From contig JAQGDQ010000923.1 of NCBI GenBank assembly GCA_030141605.1, forward strand, positions 1-46,967: a DNA stretch of 46,967 nucleotides, written 5' to 3'. The position numbers were made by a program, and so were the translations under genes. Positions 1 through 12,914 of this stretch are shown one piece after another. Within the stretch, counting starts at the first letter, position 1; each line of letters begins with the position of its first letter. The notes under the pieces are model-generated. The model saw nothing but the letters and a program-made list of their open reading frames with translations, had not been told where the DNA came from and ran no database searches. Source of the stretch: Tubiluchus corallicola (lineage: Eukaryota > Animalia > Priapulida).

Positions 1-2382
1 TATTGTAGACCGTATTCAGGGCCCCAATGCACTCAGTCGTCAACTTATAGTAGACCGTAGTCAGGGTCCCAATGCACTCAGTCGTCAACTTATAGTAGAC
101 CGTAGTCAGGATCCCAATGCACTCAGTCGTCCACTTACAGTAGACCGTAGTCAGGGTCCCAATGCGCTCAGTCGTCCACTTATAGTAGACCGTAGTCAGG
201 ACCCCAATGCACTCAGTCGTCCACTTATAGTAGACTGTAGTCAGGATCCCAATGCACTCAGTCGTCCACTTATAGTAGACCGTAGTCAGGATCCCAATGC
301 ACTCAGTCGTCCACTTATAGTAGACCGTAGTCAGGACCCCAATGCACTCAGTCGTCCACTTATAGTAGACCGTAGTCAGGATCCCAATGCACTCAGTCGT
401 CCACTTATAGTAGACCGTAGTCAGGGCCCCAATGCACTCAGTCGTCAACTTATAGTAGACCGTAGTCAGGATCCCAATGCACTCAGTCGTCAACTTATAG
501 TAGACCGTAGTCAGGACCCCAATGCACTCAGTCGTCAACTTATAGTAGACCGTAGTCAGGATCCCAATGCACTCAGTCGTCCACTTATAGTAGACCATAG
601 TCAGGATCCCAATGCACTCAGTCGTCCACTTATAGTAGACCGTAGTCAGGACCCCAATGCACTCAGTCGTCCACTTATAGTAGACCGTAGTCAGGATCCC
701 AATGCACTCAGTCGTCAACTTATAGTAGACCGTAGTCAGGGCCCCAATGCACTCAGTCGTCAACTTATAGTAGACCGTAGTCAGGATCCCAATGCACTCA
801 GTCGTCCACTTATAGTAGACCGTAGTCAGGATCCCAATGCACTCAGTCGTCCACTTATAGTAGACCGTAGTCAGGATCCCAATGCACTCAGTCGTCCACT
901 TATAGTAGACCGTAGTCAGGGCCCCAATGCACTCAGTCGTCAACTTATAGTAGACCGTAGTCAGGATCCCAATACACTCAGTCGTCCACTTATAGTAGAC
1001 CGTAGTCAGGACCCCAATGCACTCAGTCGTCCACTTATAGTAGACCGTAGTCAGGGCCCCAATGCACTCAGTCGTCAACTTATAGTAGACCGTAGTCAGG
1101 ATCCCAATGCACTCAGTCGTCAACTTATAGTAGACCGTAGTCAGGACCCCAATGCACTCAGTCGTCAACTTATAGTAGACCGTAGTCAGGACCCCAATGC
1201 ACTCAGTCGTCCACTTATAGTAAACCGTAGTCAGGATCCCAATGCACTCAGTCGTCCACTTATAGTAGACCGTAGTCAGGACCCCAATGCACTCAGTCGT
1301 CCACTTATAGTAGACCGTAGTCAGGGCCCCAATGCACTCAGTCGTCCACTTATAGTAGACCGTAGTCAGGATCCCAATGCACTCAGTCGTCCACTTATAG
1401 TAGACCGTAGTCAGGATCCCAATGCACTCAGTCGTCCACTTATAGTAGACCGTAGTCAGGACCCCAATGCACTCAGTCGTCCATATAGTAGACCGTAGTC
1501 AGGACCCCAATGCACTCAGTCGTCCACTTATAGTAGACCGTAGTCAGGATCCCAATGCACTCAGTCGTCAACATAGTAGACCGTAGTCAGGGCCCAATGC
1601 ACTCAGTCGTCAACTTATAGTAGACCGTAGTCAGGACCCAATCCTCAGTCGTCCCAATGCACTCAGTCGTCAACTTATAGTAGACCGTAGTCAGGCCCAA
1701 TGCACTCAGTCGTCCACTTATAGTAGACCGTAGTCAGGATCCCATGCACTCAGTCGTCAACTTATAGTAGACCGTAGTCAGGGTCCCAATGCACTCAGTC
1801 GTCAACTTATAGTAGACCGTAGTCAGGATCCCAATGCACTCAGTCGTCCAACCATAGTAGACCGTAGTCAGGATCGTCAATGCACTCAGTCGACCGTAGT
1901 CAGGATCCCAATGCACTCAGTCGTCCACTTATAGTAGACCGTAGTCAGGGCCCCAATGCACTCAGTCGTCCACTTATAGTAGACCGTAGTCAAGATCCCA
2001 ATGCACTCAGTCGTCAACTTATAGTAGACCGTAGTCAGGGTCCCAATGCACTCAGTCGTCAACTTATAGTAGACCTAAGTCAGGATCCCAATGCACTCAG
2101 TCGTCCACTTACAGTAGACCGTAGTCAGGATCCCAATGCACTCAGTCGTCAACTTATAGTAGACCGTAGTCAGGGTCCCAATGCACTCAGTCGTCAACTT
2201 ATAGTAGACCGTAGTCAGGGTCCCAATGCACTCAGTCGTCAACTTATAGTAGACCGTAGTCAGGACCCCAATGCACTCAGTCGTCAACTTATAGTAGACC
2301 GTAGTCAGGACCCCAATGCACTCAGTCGTCAACTTATAGTAGACCGTAGTCAGGGTCCCAATGCACTCAGTCGTCAACTTAT
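1..2382. repeat. 45-bp minisatellite array (~53 copies, runs off the left edge of the window)
   Basis: Unit TATAGTAGACCGTAGTCAGGRYCCCAATGCACTCAGTCGTCMACT repeated head-to-tail with no unique spacers. It explains ORFs 1734-1916, 1880-2437 and 2075-2377. Confidence 0.98.
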
Positions 2383-2770
2383 GACCATATTGAGAGTGAA
2401 CGACCCAGCGAACAAAATTTTGTGTTCCATTGGCTGATTGGGTGTAGTTGCGATGCTAGTTACTGCAAACCTTTGTTTAAGATACGGCTGTACGTTGTAC
2501 CTAGTTTTTGTCTTTCTTAACTTTGTTCTTATTCTTTTTATTGTAATTTTGCTTTTGTTCTTTCTCTTGACCTTATTCACAGTTCAACGTGTCATGATAA
2601 ACAATGAGCAATGAGCTTGGAAACCAAGTTCTTTCAGATCAATGTATTTCAGCAGTTTTATATTGTACTAATTTTAATTGCTTCCATGGTTGAGCATGTG
2701 AACAGTATTCGTAAAAAGTTTTGCTAAATTAAACAACAATGTATTTTAATTGTAGTCAATACAGTTAACT

Positions 2771-2926
2771 TAAAGTCTTGTTGGCCATTTTAAAAATTGC
2801 GGCCATATTGGATGACTTTCGATTGGATCCATAACCAAAATTAATCACCCTGTGAACCCACTTGGTTACTGATGCATGTTGGAAAGTTACAGCTTTTAAA
2901 GACAAAGTGAGCATTTTTTACCATTC
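2771..2926 (-). repeat. Diverged interspersed repeat (family F), related to 44572-44722
   Basis: The reverse complement (gaatggtaaaaaatgctcactttg...caatcgaaagtcatccaatatggccgcaatttttaaaatggccaa) aligns by eye with 44572-44722 (gaatggttaaaaacttttggctcattttg...caatcgaaaatcgtcctaatacggccgccattttcaatatggccaa). Confidence 0.55.
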
Positions 2927-2947
2927 CATGAGCTTTTTGCCACAGTA

Positions 2948-3284
2948 GGCCCTTTCACAGCTTTGTTGAGCGCACGCGCATGCTGCATGTCAAAGGTTAA
3001 GTGTATCACAGCAACGTGTCTTTATCACAACCGTCACGTGACATGTGTGTAAAGCAAAGCCGTCTGCCGCATAAGTTCAGTAACTTCAGTTATTTTAGGT
3101 GGACTTTACCACGATTTACTAGCAGTATCTTGCTTAGGAACAAGAAAAAATGAACTAGGTAACGTTCTAGCTAGCTGTTAAAACTGTTACTATTACAAAA
3201 GCTTGGGTTGCGAGGTGTTGTCAAGTGTACCCAACCTTTGACCTTTTCACGATCATCATCAATCACTGGAACTGTGAAAAGGCT
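2948..3284 (+). mobile_element. MITE family C, full-length copy
   Basis: Terminal inverted repeat ta|GGCCCTTTCACAG ... CTGTGAAAAGGCT|ta. Homologous copies at 19931-20192 and 22131-22498. Superfamily uncertain. Confidence 0.75.
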
Positions 3285-3647
3285 TATTGTTTTCATAACC
3301 ATCACTCCTTAAACAGAAAGTTATGCCACCACTTGCTGTTAAATCGAAGCCAAATTACGCACAGTAGTGAATAGAAGTAACTAGGCAGTTTATGGACAAA
3401 TGATTACTGTGGGAACGTTTTCTCCACTTGCTTCTAATACAGATGTCTTTATATTACAAATAAACAGAGAAAATCCTCAAGATTGCTTTCCTGACGACTA
3501 AGCACGGTTTAAAGTCATTAAACGTTTATTGATATTGCCCAAGAGGGAATTCTAGATAAACAGCTACGTTTGGTAAATTCGCCTAGATCTTTTAGCGTCA
3601 AATTGTATCGAGTCAAAGTTACTGCTGTACTCGATTTTTAAACTTAA

Positions 3648-4934
3648 AGGAAAACCGGACGCAACCTTAAAGTATAATTCATAACAATATAGTAAAAAAG
3701 CATACTAGCTTTTCAAGAATGTCATGAATGGCTTACGTAATTCCGCGCTCGCGCGGCTAATTCGTCGCTGTTACATGCATTTCGCAATTCACTAGTTAGA
3801 TGGGCACTAGCGCCTACAAGAGGCAAAAAGCGTTAACTCAAAATTTAAATTTTTAAACCTAAAATTGGCGAGTTTTGTATATCATACTGAATGTTGTACA
3901 GTAACACAATTTTTTCTTTAGCAAACACATGTAACACGATCGCGGAATTTTTGTGCTGCTGGCATTTTGCTGCGCGTTCTCACTGTGAATTGGCCCTAAT
4001 AGCAGGAGACTAAAAATAGTTTTTTGGTGAATCAGTGATGCACACTGGGAAAGAGAGACAGTGACACGTTTAATAGTTCGCGCCAGCATTCTAAATTACT
4101 AATAATTACATAAGTCTTTCAAACAAGTAAGCGTGAGGCTAAGCCAAATAACTTTGTGTTGAAAGTTTTTCGGACATACACTAAATTGCCTTTACTTTCT
4201 CTTTACTACACAAATTTTAACAATGAAAGTTTTTCCGGACATACACTAAATTGCCTTTGCTTTCCCTTTACTACACAAATTTTAACAATAGCAAGACATC
4301 TGAAGTGGTTTCTTATCGTGGTTTCACCAACACTAATATTAATGTTGACATCGAGCTTAAACCAAAACCGTGCCCAATCTTAAACTAAAGGCTAAAACAA
4401 TCTACTCTTCAAGATATTGAAAGGGAACATGCTATTTTTTTCAAAAATTACGTGAAAGAATTATTACCACACGAACACAATTTCACGTTCGCGCCACTAG
4501 TTCTTTGCTATTACATGCATTTCCCCATTCGCTAGTTAGAAGGGCACTAGTGCCTGTATTTCGAAAACGCATTGCACAAAAACAGGTATTGTAGCTCTCA
4601 GTTCAGATGTGTTAGTTTTTGACGAACTACATACGTTCGACAGCTCATGCGTGAGCACAGCGGTAAATTTGAAATTTGAATATTTATTTTAAAACTTGCC
4701 TAGTTTTAGTACAACACTGAATATGCTTTCGCACAACACGCTCGTGGAATATTTTTGCTGTTGAAAATTATGTTAGTTTGTGACGTCATCACTAGCTGGG
4801 CTCGCCACGCCTTTACACAAGTTTTAAGCTATTATTTAATTATCAGAAACGCTTTTGTATTATCATTGATGTAAATGTATATTCTTATCGAACTTCAAAA
4901 TGAGGTACGGTATGAAAAATCATCCAGTTTTCTT
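3648..4934 (+). mobile_element. Composite Kolobok/T2-like non-autonomous element (A-like 5' part + B-like middle + full A unit)
   Basis: TTAA|AGGAAAACCGGA at 3644 and CATCCAGTTTTCTT|TTAA ending at 4938; internal decayed A end at TTAA 4357-4360. The same junction is present in the reverse copy at 46204-46967. TTAA TSD with AGG..CCT termini is the Kolobok/T2-MITE signature. Confidence 0.75.
4161..4289 (+). repeat. 64/65-bp tandem duplication inside the composite element
   Basis: gaaagtttttcggacatacactaaattgcc...caaattttaacaat occurs twice in tandem (4161-4224, 4225-4289) and once in the 46.9-kb homologue. Confidence 0.9.
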
Positions 4935-4996
4935 TTAAATTTTAAATCAGTTACTGCTATGGCTGTAGTTTTTATAAGTTTACATACATTATAAAT

Positions 4997-5096
4997 ATCA
5001 TCCTGTCTTCGTTTAAATTTTGTTTATTCTCCATTTTAAATTTGTTCATTCTCCATATATGGAGAATGAACAAAATTTAAAAGAAGACAGGATGAT
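4997..5096. repeat. Palindrome / inverted duplication at a MITE end
   Basis: Perfect 34-bp palindrome at 5041-5074 (tttgttcattctccata|tatggagaatgaacaaa). 4997-5034 is the reverse complement of 5059-5096 with 2 mismatches in 38. Confidence 0.92.
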
Positions 5097-5702
5097 TTTT
5101 CATATTCTGCCCCATTTTCAAATCAGATAAAAAAGTATGCATTTTAACACAATTAATACTGCAAAAGCGTTTATGATAATTAAATAATAGATTAAAACCT
5201 TAATTAACGGTGGGCGTATCCAACTATTGATGACTTCACAAACAAACATAATTTTCAATAGCAAAAAATTTCCACGAGCGTGTTGCACGTGTTTGTGAAA
5301 GCGAAAATTGATACACAGCACAACTGTAAGAGATTTAGTGTGTTGTAATAAAACTAGGCAAGTTTTAGGATAAAAATTGAAATTTCAAATTTACTGTTGT
5401 GCTCACGCATGAGATGTCAAACGTGTGCAGGACGCCACAAACGAACATCTCTGAACTGATAGGTACAGCACCTGTTTTTCGTGCAATGCGTTTCCGAAAT
5501 GCAGGCGACAGTGCTCGTCTAACTGCATGTAATGGCGAAATGCATGTAATAGTGACGAACTAGTGGCACGAACGTGAAATTGTGTTTGTGTGATAATAAT
5601 TCTTTCACGTAAGTCATTTTTGAAAAAATAGTATATTTCCTTTCAATATTTTACAGAGTAGATTGTTTTGACCTAGAGTTTAAGATTTGGTCCGGTTTTC
5701 CT
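5081..5702 (-). mobile_element. Kolobok/T2-like MITE family A, full-length copy
   Basis: TTAA(5077-5080)|AAGAAGACAGGA ... TCCGGTTTTCCT|TTAA(5703-5706). Inverted homologue of 4361-4934 and 38749-39350. Confidence 0.85.
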
Positions 5703-6062
5703 TTAATAACAAACTTTGATTCTTTTGACAATGGTGTCGTCATTAGCTTGCACTCATTACTACTAAAAAGGAATCGTTGAGTTGCTTGCAGATGTAAATG
5801 ATAGATAAATTTTAGTTCAGATAGAGTGAAGTTACATCCCTGTAACATTAACGTAGCAATTTGTACTTCGTTTTTCGTTTAACATTGGAAAATAAGAAAC
5901 GAACAAGTTATTCGAATGGGAGAATTTTGTTTAAAAATAGGATTCAGTGAGTTTAAGCAAAAGTATATTAGCCGTGTTTTCGTTTGGGTGGAGGGAGTGT
6001 AACAACTAGAGAGCTTAGTTCGTCAAATGCCCCAATGAGAATAAGACGTTTTTCTTAATTAA

Positions 6063-6744
6063 AGCACAAGAAAACCCTTCACTTACATAAAGCTTAATCT
6101 CGTCTTGAAATTTTATACCACTTACGTACTGCCTTTTTGCATGCAGGACTTGAGTCGGCGATAACGCTGTATAAAACATGTAAATTTAAACTCCCTCGAC
6201 GACCGTTAAACGCAACCATTTTGACAATAAGTCGTTTGAAAGAAGTTAAAATAACATTGTGTAAAGCTTGACAAAACAATCAGGGCATTTGTAGCGCACA
6301 CGTCACTAACTAAATAAAATTTAAAATTACTATATCTTGACAATAAGATTAAACATATGTTTCTTTGTTAGTGAGTGGTGCATCCTGGTGGGTGAGTCAA
6401 CGACATTTTACCAATTGGTAAAAACATTTTATATAATTAATAATTTTCTTTTCTAGTTACATAAGTCCTTCAAGTAGGTAAGCGAAATGCAAAGTAATGT
6501 AGATTTGCATGGAAAGTTTTCTGGGACATAATTTAACATTTACTCTTTTTTCCCCTGATTTACGTTGTGCGTATATGACGTCATGTAATGGTGACATTGG
6601 AACAGTATTGCGGGAAATTTAAAATGAAAACAAACAAAAATTCCTTTTAACGCGAGTACGATATATGCCTAAAATTTCTATAAAGTAATATCATTTTAAG
6701 GCGATTCTTCTGAAGCCTACTTCAGGTATCCATTTTCTTGTCCT
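6063..6744 (+). mobile_element. Kolobok/T2-like MITE family B, full-length copy
   Basis: TTAA|AGCACAAGAAAA ... TTTTCTTGTCCT|TTAA (12-bp TIR, 1 mismatch). Homologues at 40082-40752 and 25461-25933. Confidence 0.85.
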
Positions 6745-7068
6745 TTAAAACTAAATTAAATCTGCGTGAAAAACACCTGCCGCAAATAGAAACAGAATTT
6801 ATTGTACTGTTGTGCTGTAACGGTTAATAACATGCATTACTGATTCTTGTCAGTTTGTTGTCACATGAGTTTCTGTATTGCAGGCTTCACGTAGATCAAC
6901 AAAGACCAATTGCACTTTATATAGTTATTATAGGCCGCTCTTCAAAAAACTGTAAAAATTGAAATCTGCATCGACTGATCCAAAAATAAGCAGGCGCCGA
7001 GTTTGAAGCATGTCACATCCGTAAGTCAAGTATCAATTTTCTCGTTTACCTAAAAGATGACAAAAATT

Positions 7069-7070
<2 letters not shown>

Positions 7071-7109
<39 letters not shown>

Positions 7110-7115
7110 TAGACA
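7071..7115. repeat. (GACA)n microsatellite
   Basis: agacagacag... run of about 11 units. Confidence 0.95.
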
Positions 7116-7455
7116 CTTTTTTGGTCAACTACAATAAGAGTTCATCGCGAGTTTTATAGTAGTTATGCAAATTGATAAATGACGTCTTTCCTAATGAGTG
7201 TAATGTGTGCGTGAAGGGGCGGAATCTTGGGTAATTCCAATCATAAATTGCATTTATATGTAACGTCATAAGTATATATTGGTGACCAGTGTTTGTTAGT
7301 AAACTTGTAAACATTTTAATTGAGCTAGATTGATGAAAGACATTTTAATTTGAAATGCGGGAATACAGGTATACTACACGTACTGAGTTGACTGTTTGAA
7401 TACATGGAATTAATTGTTCGATTGCATTGAGTTCTGAATAATAATCTTTCAGTGT

Positions 7456-9676
7456 TTACACAGTTTATCTATAAAAATTAAACAGCTTATTATACACAGT
7501 TTAATTGTAAGAGTCTTACAGCTTTTACACAGTTTAATTGTAAGAGTCTTACGGCTTATACACAGTTTAATTGTAAGAGTCTTACAGTAACACAAAAAAC
7601 ACACAACACAAAAAACACACAACACAAAAAATCTTACAGCTTATACACAGTTTAATTGTAAGAGTCTTACAGCTTATACACAGTTTAATTGTAAGAGTCT
7701 TACAGCTTATACACAGTTTAATTGTAAGAGTCTTACAGCTTATACACAGTTTAATTGTAAGAGTCTTACAGCTTATACACAGTTTAATTGTAAGAGTCTT
7801 ACAGCTTATGCACAGTTTAATTGTAAGAGTCTTGCAGCTTATACACAGTTTAATTGTAAGAGTCTTACAGCTTATGCACAGTTTAATTATAAAAGTCTTA
7901 CAGCTTATACACAGTTTAATTGTAAAAGTCTTACAGCTTATACACAGTATAATTGTAAAAGTCTTACAGCTTATACACAGTATAATTGTAAAAGTCTTAC
8001 AGCTTATGCACAGTTTAATTATAAAAGTCTTACAGCTTATACACAGTATAATTGTAAAAGTCTTACAGCTTATACACAGTATAATTGTAAAAGTCTTACA
8101 GCTTATACACAGTTTAATTATAAAAGTCTTACAGCTTATACACAGTTTAATTGTAAAAGTCTTACAGCTTATACACAGTTTAATTATAAAAGTCTTACAG
8201 CTTATACACAGTATAATTGTAAAAGTCTTACAGCTTATACACAGTATAATTGTAAAAGTCTTACAGCTTATACACAGTTTAATTATAAAAGTCTTACAGC
8301 TTATACACAGTTTAATTGTAAAAGTCTTACAGCTTATACACAGTTTAATTATAAAAGTCTTACAGCTTATACACAGTATAATTGTAAAAGTCTTACAGCT
8401 TATACACAGTATAATTGTAAAAGTCTTACAGCTTATACACAGTTTAATTATAAAAGTCTTACAGCTTATACACAGTTTAATTGTAAGAGTCTTACAGCTT
8501 ATGCACAGTTTAATGATAAAAGTCTTACAGCTTATACACAGTTTAATTGTAAAAGTCTTACAGCTTATACACAGTATAATTGTAAAAGTCTTACAGCTTA
8601 TACACAGTTTAATTATAAAAGTCTTACAGCTTATACACAGTTTAATTATAAAAGTCTTACAGCTTATACACAGTTTAATTGTAAAAGTCTTACAGCTTAT
8701 ACACAGTATAATTGTAAAAGTCTTGTAGCATATACACAGTTTAGTTGTAAAAGTCTTGCAGCTTATACACAGTTTAGTTGTAAAAGTTTTGCAGCTTATA
8801 CACAGTTAATTGTAAAAATCTTGCAGCTTATACACCAAAAATCTTACAGCTTATACACATTTTAGTTGTAAAAATCTTACAGCTTATACACAGTTTAGTT
8901 GTAAGTATCTTACAGCATATACACAGTTTAGTTGTAAAAATCTTACAGCATATACACAGTTTAGTTGTAAGTTTCTTACAGCATATACACAGTTTATTTG
9001 TAAAAATCTTACAGCTTATACACAGTTTAGTTGTAAAAATCCTACAGCTTATACACAGTTTAGTTGTAAGTTTCTTACAGCATATACACAGTTTATTTGT
9101 AAAAATCTTACAGCTTATACACAGTTTAGTTGCAAAAATCTTACAGCTTATACACAGTTTAGTTGTAAAAATCTTACAGCTTATACACAGTTTAGTTGTA
9201 AAAATCTTACAGCTTATACACAGTTTAGTTGTAAAAATCTTACAGCTTATACACAGTTTAGTTGTAAAAATCTTACAGCTTATACACAGTTTAGTTGTAA
9301 AAATCTTACAGCTTATACACAGTTTAGTTGTAAAAATCTTACAGCTTATACACAGTTTAGTTGTAAAAATCCTACAGCTTATACACAGTTTAGTTGTAAA
9401 AATCATACAGCTTATACACAGTTTAGTTGTAAAAATCTTACAGCTTATACACAGTTTAGTTGTAAAAATCATTCAGCTTATACACAGTTTAGTGTAAACA
9501 TCTTACAGCTTATACACAGTTTTTAGTTGTAAAAATGTTACAGCTTATACACAGTTTAGTTGTAAAAATCTTACAGCTTATACACAGTTTAGTTGTAAAA
9601 ATCATTCAGCTTATACACAGTTTAGTGTAAACATCTTACAACTTATACACAATTTAGTTGCAAAATCTTATAGCTT
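7456..9676. repeat. 33-bp minisatellite array (~65 copies)
   Basis: Unit CAGCTTATACACAGTTTA(A/G)TTGTAA(G/A)A(G/A)TCTTA. It explains ORFs 7808-8728 and 8828-9472. Confidence 0.98.
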
Positions 9677-12504
9677 AGTTTAGTTATATACACAGATTAT
9701 ACACAATGCTTCTTTTATTAATCAGTTTAGAATTTTGATTAATCAGTCAATGATATAATTTAGTTTAGTTTATTTCCAAAATGGCATCATATAATACATT
9801 GTTATACACATTACAATGTAAGCTATTACTGCTGCAAACAAAACAAAAATTAACGTTTCACCAGTTATTCAGATTCAGATTCAGATACATATTTATTTTC
9901 CATTTCATTATAATAGATTTAGTTACATGTATAACATTAAATATAACCTCAACGGAAGGATGGCGAACAAATCAAAAAGTCATTAAATCAACCTGTGAAA
10001 AAAGCTCATTTTTTCAGAAGTTTGTGGGAAAGACATCGGCCTGGTTTCAAATTTGTTGAATAGAATTAAACAAATGCGTGGTAATGTATATAGTCTAATT
10101 TGTTTTTATAGGAAAAGGTGCATAACGCTTACGTCTACGAGTTGTTAATTAAAATGTCTTGCTGTTATTGAAATATGTAATTTAGATTAATTCATGACTT
10201 TATAAGAAAAACCGCACAATTATTTGATTAAAAGAGTGGCCACCCAAAATATAATTTATTGCAACTTACATGATTTGACGTATTTACATTATTACTTTCT
10301 ATCGCAGCAGGACAACCAAACATAGATAATTATTCACTTTATCACATAGTTAATACAATGAACACAGAGTACCAATGCTAGATATATGACGCCCAAATCA
10401 GCACATAACTATAAAAAACTATTGAAAAGAAAAAAATAACCTAACGAATTAGGCGGATCATATGACGTTTGCTTGTAAGAACAGCAAGCGTCAAAAGGTC
10501 ACCTGTACAAAGGTGACCATGGAATTTATAACTTTCGAATGAACCCGGAAAAATAATTCAAGATTAACCTAATTGAACGACTCTAGGTAGATTTGCAAAC
10601 GTTGTAAGAACCGGAATAAACTAGTTTGCAATACTGTAAATGAAAAATCTAACAGCAGAGTAGAACTCAATCACGGGAATCCATGACACAGCCACCCTTA
10701 TTCATAAATTAAAATCGCTTGATAAGCAGTATTACCATGTAATTAGCAAATGTGCAGTGGTTAGATAATATATAAATTCACATGCATATCTTTACACCAT
10801 ACAGTAACTTATTAGACAATAAGAGCAATAAAAAACGGTAAAAAATATTCAATAGTAAATAATCAATACTGCAATCAGCACTGCAACAAAAAATGTTACG
10901 CCAAAATATATTTTATAGTGCAAGTAACTGTTATCAGCAAAATATGAAAATATACATAATATCACACTTAAGAATCAAATGTTTTTTCATAAGATAAATA
11001 TGAAGAAAAATTAAATTATAATTAATAACTAGAAAAAACAGAATATAATTTGCATACATATTGCAGACCATGAATGCATGCATTGTGAAATTTTAGTAAC
11101 AAATAAAATAATACTGAAACCAAACAATAGCAAAAAATAAAGTAAAATAAAAGAAACAAAACTTGCATTAAAACAAAAGTAAATAATAGATCATATGTAT
11201 GCATAAATGATAATAAATCATATTATTAGCAATATATTATGGTGCATGCATCAAGGTAAAAAAATGGTTGGCTATACCTCACAGATCACTGTACAACTCA
11301 TCATATTCAATCAATCATTGCTGATACATTTACTTGTTAAGTTCTAGTAAATAGAAAAGGCAATTATTTTTGTGCGTAATTAATAGAAAATAGAATAAAT
11401 GCTTAAGGAGATATAGTTTTCAAATAACATAAGTTCTTACTTCTATTTACTTAAGATTTTGAGATATCAGCTGCTTAAAGACATATTTTCACCTTGGACT
11501 TTTCTCAATCTTTATTCTCAATGAATAGCCTTTCAAATCCCGTTTAGTTTTAGGTGGCTACAAAATACTATAATTTATACATGCGTACATATGAGCCCCC
11601 TAAGGTGCTTCAACTTACCTCTCTGATATATAAACGTTTTATTTTAATACATTTAAACTCCTACGATACTATTATTTTAATTATATGTGAATTTACTATG
11701 CGATCAATAAATGTTTGTGATGCTTTGTATACTTTATAGCATTTTACTGAAATTTTACTTCTCTTATCTATACATATATGTAACCAAAATTACATATTTA
11801 CACGCCTGGAGAAATTTTATGCACGTAATTTTGCACTAATCGTAAAATACTCGTATAGTTAAAATGTGCGAAATAAATATAGTGTGTTGTACGCATAATT
11901 ATGCTGTTCATGAAAACGAATCGTTAATTTTTAGTAACACTGAACTGTTTAGAAGGCATGAAACATGAAAGCGCTAATGCGATTTCATAAAATTCTCTTT
12001 TACGTACGCCTTTATGACGCATATTAATGCCATGTAAATGTACATAAAGGATCCGACTGAAATAACAGCACAAAGCACCATTACAGGATTATTACGTAAT
12101 AAATGTTGCGCTTGTCTGATCTCGTTGAATTTGGACAAAAAACTTGACTTAGTCCACATTTGTTTAAGAATATACAATAGACAACGAAAGTCCCCTACAT
12201 GATGACTTTACAGCTAAATTAGTGTTTATAGCGAAGAATAAAGGCTAAGAGAATATCTACGAGACTCAGTACGATCTTTAGTTTTGATATAATAATTATA
12301 ATAGATATGCTTCACAAATGTTAGCAGGAATGATTGGCGGGCGATTTTAGGCTGCCTACTGACCATGGCTAGAGTGTAAACGATTTCACGAGCTGTAGGT
12401 CTGGGTAACATTGTGCGATTCGGTGTTTCTGCAAGGAGTATCGTCTTAGCAAGATTCTTAGTGTATTATATGATATTAACATATTTCGGGATATTAATCT
12501 GGCA

Positions 12505-12596
12505 ATCTTTAGGCAGATTTCACGCGAATTTCAGGTTGACTTCGGGTAGACTTCGGGATGATTTCAGGCAAACTTCAGGCAGACTTTAGGTCGACT
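12505..12596. repeat. Degenerate 11-bp tandem repeat (~8 copies)
   Basis: Consensus approximately GACTTCAGGCA: ...tttaggcaga tttcacgcgaa tttcaggttga cttcgggtaga cttcgggatga tttcaggcaaa cttcaggcaga ctttaggtcga. Confidence 0.7.
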
Positions 12597-12737
12597 GGTT
12601 AAAGACAAAAGCAGTCTGAGGCTGCGATGGTATTTGTTAAAAGTGAATAAACACAACACAGATGATATTTGATCCTAAAATTTACCAAAATATTTATCAT
12701 TCAGGCTCTACACCTGAGATTATCTATGGACTACTAG

Positions 12738-12914
12738 CAGGGCCTATTTCAGCCTAGGCGAGGCCCGGGGAAGTGGGGCAAATGAAGCCCCATCGGGGGT
12801 GGGGGGCTACCATGTTTGGCGCCCAGAAAATTTTTGAACTGCTAGAACGTTGGAGAAGCATTTTCGAAGAGAAAATATGGAGTTATACAGTTATTAAAGG
12901 AAAGAACAATTGAA
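12738..12914 (+). mobile_element. hAT-type MITE family D, left-end portion only
   Basis: Highly similar to 19221-19386. No right TIR nearby. Confidence 0.88.

Noticed and set aside
1-2382. CRISPR array, or repeat-protein ORFs (1880-2437 etc.)
   Set aside because: Units are contiguous with no unique spacers, no cas genes are present and the context is eukaryotic. The ORFs arise because 45 is a multiple of 3.
5118-5321. Recurrent similar ORFs (5118, 32063, 37241, 46200) suggesting a small gene family
   Set aside because: All are the same segment of non-coding MITE family A, and the frames are not conserved in length.
7808-9472. 306-aa and 214-aa repetitive ORFs
   Set aside because: Translations of the 33-bp minisatellite on opposite strands, with no unique domain.
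11974-12177. Short ORF with a hydrophobic stretch (MWTKSS...VLCAVISVGSFMYIYMALICVIK)
   Set aside because: No recognisable homology or splice context; expected by chance in AT-rich DNA.
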